Assembly: GCA_021413765.1 (NCBI GenBank)
Contig: JAIOPT010000096.1
Coordinates: 6,723-70,722 of the forward strand
Reading direction: 5' to 3'
DNA: 64,000 nt
Origin: Betaproteobacteria bacterium
GTDB taxonomy: Bacteria > Pseudomonadota > Gammaproteobacteria > Burkholderiales > Gallionellaceae
The translations under genes were made by a program, and so were the position numbers. Below, one piece after another: positions 60,101-64,000 of this stretch (position 1 is the stretch's first letter; each line of letters begins with the position of its first letter). The notes under the pieces are model-generated. The model was not told where the DNA came from. It saw only the letters and a list, made by a program, of their open reading frames with translations, and made no database searches.

Positions 60101-60617
60101 CATCGGAGGCTGGATACCCACCTGTCAGATCAGCGGTAACCGCGTCGGTTATACCCAGCCCGCCAGGCTCGAACCAATGAATGAGCACCGCGCATTGCTG
60201 CTGATTGGGCCGCTGGCACTGCGTTTTATTGGCGGTGCAGGGGAGATCGCTTACATGTTCGGCAGCGCGCAGGTAGACGGCAATCACTTCCGCGGCCCGG
60301 GCCGCAGCCAGTTGGTGGAGTTCAGGCGCATTGCATTAACTGACAATATCGACTTTCGCTTCGAGAAGGTGACCTTCAACAATAATGTCTGCGACCACCT
60401 CAGCGCCGAGGCGAGCGACCTCGGCGCCACCGTGCGACTGTGGGGTGGGCATTTGATCGCCATGGGGAATCATGTAAAGGCCGCCGCCAATGTCAATGCG
60501 ATGTCGCTGTCCAATCGCAACAAGATCTCGCTGATGGGCAACATCACCACCGGGGATTACATCCAGACCGGCACGGTCACGCCGCTACCGATCGCTAATT
60601 TCAACGTCAAAATTTAA
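57183..60617 (+). CDS. tail-fibre-like protein (DUF6519-type N-terminus, parallel beta-helix C-terminus)
   Basis: GDYSR, QQGRVQLDSDWNE, ENQLYRVEIH, FKWSRDNAS; repeated I..N.I beta-helix rungs. Confidence 0.8.
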   Translation: MSGDYSRVRFDPRIDLSGVLMQQGRVQLDSDWNEWVAVLDRRLRAESVDTFGVHVTPGITGVAVVSPQTPDAFKIEAAGGNISIGRGRMYVDGLLAENHGGGAAEFDAVLAELRGKTALAYNLQPYFPAPPTLPSGGPHLAYLEVWQREVTYLQQPNLVESAVGVDTTTRQQTVWQVRMLANVGGANCTAPDAMVAGWQALIAPSAGRMSIKAEGVPPDLDPCELPPSGGYRGLENQLYRVEIHDGGAVGAATFKWSRDNASVASNIVEIVSQTATSTELKLASLGRDAVLRFNSGDWVEILDDRRELSGENGDPALRRGVMRKISVDDAKQTISFTPALPANLVPGGGLDTLDSRHTRVRRWDQKGTVRDANNNVIVNLDSAGSTGLIPVPAAGVWVVLENGIKIQFGLDPSGGGFHCGDYWVSAARTNDTSVETYTQAPPRGIHRHYARLSIVTFPDDETDCRVKWPPECGGCCTINVAPGENIQTAIDSLPDEGGCVCLKTGVHNVSTTIQIFASHIILRGESPGTIVRAAGLARTLQIGNASSPVSDIVVEGIRFEATAAAADIGTLLYLEYCMRVRVEHCALAVVVSQLQAPPSYVGINLSSVTDVDLIANRLDNFLVGILSQDYQGGLRITDNAIAGITGIFLGQADGSNGQYGIRIDTDHTQACRIENNRIRHFWVGISLRHNAVGSLILGNRISRSAGVTQDKLPSDAVQMRNYLDARLYAIDVEAAQCEVRGNQIDLLSAAWGGIRVSGDHAMIAANFMEAIAQKDQLTVPAGIYCLADAKNGRAADHAVVRDNQLLGPQLGIVVSRIACPAIAGNHIDGGGAGWYGVRVDDCSDSRIDNNDLREVFFAVHLSEGERNHIAGNRIDQAGTGITATQETDMEISGNTLQSCLLLGMALFVRGNTALLGNRVRNCGYASVLSIGIGVYAEEVWTPTGAHLRIEGCEVVDTGISADGNQVTTVSAIGIGGWIPTCQISGNRVGYTQPARLEPMNEHRALLLIGPLALRFIGGAGEIAYMFGSAQVDGNHFRGPGRSQLVEFRRIALTDNIDFRFEKVTFNNNVCDHLSAEASDLGATVRLWGGHLIAMGNHVKAAANVNAMSLSNRNKISLMGNITTGDYIQTGTVTPLPIANFNVKI

Positions 60618-60629
60618 GGAGCGTACAAC

Positions 60630-60983
60630 ATGAACATCAAAACACTGGAGCAAGCGCTCAAACTGCAAAATGATCTTGCCACCCGGCTTACGCACAGCCT
60701 GGTATCTGGAACCGCAGGCAAGGTGCCGCCCATTGAGGTATTGGTCAAGGAAAAAGAGCAGTCGGTTGCGCGCGCCCAAGCGGAGGTCGAAACTGCTGTC
60801 AAGGAGCGTGATGTAGCCGTAAGTCGTTGGGATGAGCGAGTCGCGCAACGCAAAGTGAGCGTCGTCAAACTGCAAGGGGAATTGAATGATCTCAAAAAAC
60901 AACTTGAGGAACGAAACGACCCATCCAAAGTTAGGAAAGCTGGAAATTCAAAAAAAGAGGTGCGCAGCAAAAAACCTCAGTAA
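60630..60983 (+). CDS. small coiled-coil hypothetical, last gene of eCIS operon
   Basis: AAGGAG RBS, heptad-rich 117 aa. Confidence 0.7.
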   Translation: MNIKTLEQALKLQNDLATRLTHSLVSGTAGKVPPIEVLVKEKEQSVARAQAEVETAVKERDVAVSRWDERVAQRKVSVVKLQGELNDLKKQLEERNDPSKVRKAGNSKKEVRSKKPQ

Positions 60984-61366
60984 CGAGAAATAGACGTTTT
61001 GTTTGTCTGCTACGAACGAAATGTTGGTTCGGGATGGTGATTTGCGTTAGACCAGAAAACTGGCTGAATCAGGCGAAGCAACAATTATTGCCAACTGACC
61101 TGTCTACGCCAAATTGACCTTATCCAGTCTCGCGCGAAGAAACGATGGCTTAAGAATCTTTCATTGTGAACCGTGCCGTATCAAGCCAAGTTACGCACGA
61201 CATCATTTACGCTCAACGATTGCTTAATCGAGTGCCATGCCCATCAGGCCTGAAAATGCTTGGACTGGAAAACCTCTCATAAGGTATTATTTGGTCAACG
61301 CAGTAGACGGACTTATCCGGCGCTGTATGCTGCAATATGAATGTGAATAGAAGAGAGGAAGCATAG

Positions 61367-62302
61367 ATGAAGATTGCAAAAAATGTTTTGGAACTGATAG
61401 GCAATACACCATTGGTGCAATTAAACCGCGTGAGCCAAGGCATAGATGCCACTATCCTTGCCAAGTTGGAATTCTTCAGTCCTGCGCTCAGCGTTAAGGA
61501 TCGCATCGCCGCATCAATGATCGAAGCTGCTGAGAAAGAAGGCAAAATAAAACCAGATACAATTATCTTGGAGCCAACATCTGGCAATACCGGCATTGGC
61601 CTTGCTATGGTTTGTGCAGCTCGTGGTTATAAGTGCACTTTCATTATGCCGGAAAACATGAGTCGTGAGCGCCGCCTGTTGATGAAGGCTTATGGCGCAG
61701 AACTTATTCTGACTCCAGGCACGGACGGTATGCCCGGGGCAATGAAGAGGGCGAAGGAAATGGCTTTAGCCGATCCGCGCTACCTCATACTGCAGCAATT
61801 CTCTAATCGCGCTAATCCTGCCATCCATCGTACCACCACCGCCGAAGAAATCATGCGCGATACCGACGGCTTGATAGATATTTTTGTAGCGGGTGTGGGA
61901 ACGGGGGGCACTATTACTGGTGTAGGTGAGGCATTAAGAGAAATCTACTCGGGCGTGCAAATAATTGCTGTGGAACCAGATGCCTCGCCCGTACTTTCCG
62001 GTGGCGAGCGTGGTCCGCACTCGATTCAAGGTATAGGGCCAGGTTTTATACCTGAAATACTCAACAAAAATATATTCCACGAAGCAGTACGTGTTAAAGA
62101 TGAAGATGCACTTAATATGGCCCGGCGTTTGGCAAAGGAGGAAGGCCTGCTGGTCGGCATTTCCTCCGGAGCGGCAGTTTGGGCTGCCCTTGAAATTGCC
62201 AAGCGTCCGTTAAATGTTGGCAAGATGATCGTGGTGATGATTCCATCATTTGGCGAACGTTATTTGTCCACTAAATTGTTTGCTGACTTGGATGTGGATT
62301 AA
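61367..62302 (+). CDS. cysK: cysteine synthase A
   Basis: SVKDRIA, PTSGNTG, GVGTGGT, HSIQGIG, GERYLST. Confidence 0.95.
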   Translation: MKIAKNVLELIGNTPLVQLNRVSQGIDATILAKLEFFSPALSVKDRIAASMIEAAEKEGKIKPDTIILEPTSGNTGIGLAMVCAARGYKCTFIMPENMSRERRLLMKAYGAELILTPGTDGMPGAMKRAKEMALADPRYLILQQFSNRANPAIHRTTTAEEIMRDTDGLIDIFVAGVGTGGTITGVGEALREIYSGVQIIAVEPDASPVLSGGERGPHSIQGIGPGFIPEILNKNIFHEAVRVKDEDALNMARRLAKEEGLLVGISSGAAVWAALEIAKRPLNVGKMIVVMIPSFGERYLSTKLFADLDVD

Positions 62303-62431
62303 CCAGCTGTTGTGCAGAATGCAGTGCACAGAAAAGTAGGTTGCCAATAATATTTATCTGCCGCCTTCTCCAAACTTGTTAAATCCGCGATCTTATTGGC
62401 GGCGGATAAACGCTATTCATTAAAAACCATT

Positions 62432-62459
62432 TTGACGGTTGGTGCCGTTTGTGTATAAT
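62432..62459 (+). promoter_or_regulatory. sigma70 promoter of rplU-rpmA-obgE
   Basis: TTGACG-16 nt-TATAAT. Confidence 0.75.
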
Positions 62460-62496
62460 GCGCGACTCTGTAAAACCGCATTCAAGCGAGGTTGTT

Positions 62497-62808
62497 ATGT
62501 ACGCAGTAATCAAGACTGGTGGTAAGCAATATCGTGTTGTCGCAGGCGAAACCCTGAAAATTGAAACCGTTGCTGGTGAAGTCGGTAGTGCGATCGTGCT
62601 GGACAAGGTGCTCATGGTTGGCAGTGGCGATAAAGTATCTGTTGGCCAACCTCTATTGGCTGGTGCTACTGTCACGGCAACCATAATATCAAATGGTCGT
62701 GGCGAGAAGATCAGAATCTTCAAGATGCGTCGACGTAAGCATTACCAAAAACATCAAGGTCATCGTCAAAACTTCACTGAGATCCGCATTGACGGCATTT
62801 CGGCGTAA
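62497..62808 (+). CDS. rplU: 50S ribosomal protein L21
   Basis: [14 protein letters not shown]...QGHRQ. Confidence 0.97.
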   Translation: MYAVIKTGGKQYRVVAGETLKIETVAGEVGSAIVLDKVLMVGSGDKVSVGQPLLAGATVTATIISNGRGEKIRIFKMRRRKHYQKHQGHRQNFTEIRIDGISA

Positions 62809-62826
62809 TATTGAAGGAGAAGAAGC

Positions 62827-63084
62827 ATGGCATCAAAAAAAGGTGGCGGCAGTACCAGTAACGGTCGCGATTCACACTCAAAACGCCTCGGCGTGAAAAC
62901 TTATGGCGGCGAATTAATCAGCGCTGGCAGCATTATCGTACGTCAGCGCGGTACGCGGTTCCACGCTGGTGACAACGTGGGCATGGGCAAGGATCACACT
63001 TTGTTTGCGAAAATTGATGGCAAGGTAGTGTTCGCTGTTAAAGGTGCACAAAGACGCAAGACTATCTTCGTGGTTCCAGCTTAA
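62827..63084 (+). CDS. rpmA: 50S ribosomal protein L27
   Basis: [21 protein letters not shown]. Confidence 0.97.
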   Translation: MASKKGGGSTSNGRDSHSKRLGVKTYGGELISAGSIIVRQRGTRFHAGDNVGMGKDHTLFAKIDGKVVFAVKGAQRRKTIFVVPA

Positions 63085-63105
63085 GTACTCCTAGCCAAGT
63101 ACAAT

Positions 63106-64000
<895 letters not shown>

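Larger units (their letters stand above)
33096..60983 (+). other. extracellular contractile injection system (eCIS; Afp/PVC/MAC-like) operon
   Basis: Co-oriented sheath, tube, DUF4255, AAA ATPase, DUF4157, LysM, spike, PAAR-like, gp25, baseplate J genes; no capsid/terminase and no T6SS membrane complex. Confidence 0.93.

Noticed and set aside
33096-60983. Prophage or T6SS interpretation of the tail genes
   Set aside because: No capsid, portal, terminase or integrase, and no TssJLM/ClpV; DUF4255, Afp15-like ATPase and DUF4157 point to eCIS

Overview
Betaproteobacterial chromosome segment. The argD-argF-argG-ppnP-yajQ order and protein sequences suggest Nitrosomonadales/Gallionellaceae (inference only). 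About 1-22 kb is a mix of accessory enzymes and housekeeping genes (arg genes, rpsT, cspA, thyA-folA, djlA), plus a decayed IS256, attC-like relics and a small MITE. About 22.6-61 kb is an accessory block with no integrase. It holds a Lon-like AAA gene, two AT-rich orphans and a KaiA-less kaiC-kaiB-(PAS-PAS-GAF-GGDEF-EAL-REC) operon. Back-to-back with that operon is a ~28 kb extracellular contractile injection system (eCIS) operon: sheath, tube, DUF4255 cap, AAA ATPase, LysM, split spike, PAAR-like tip, gp25, two baseplate-J genes (one with a PA14 insert) and a beta-helix fibre. Its cargo region has two DUF4157 proteins with a shared N-terminus and different C-termini (L,D-transpeptidase-like; anthrax lethal-factor-like zincin), and a clostripain-like protease between duplicate copies of a structural gene. 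The window ends with cysK, rplU, rpmA and a partial obgE. All calls come from motif recognition by eye; no searches were run.
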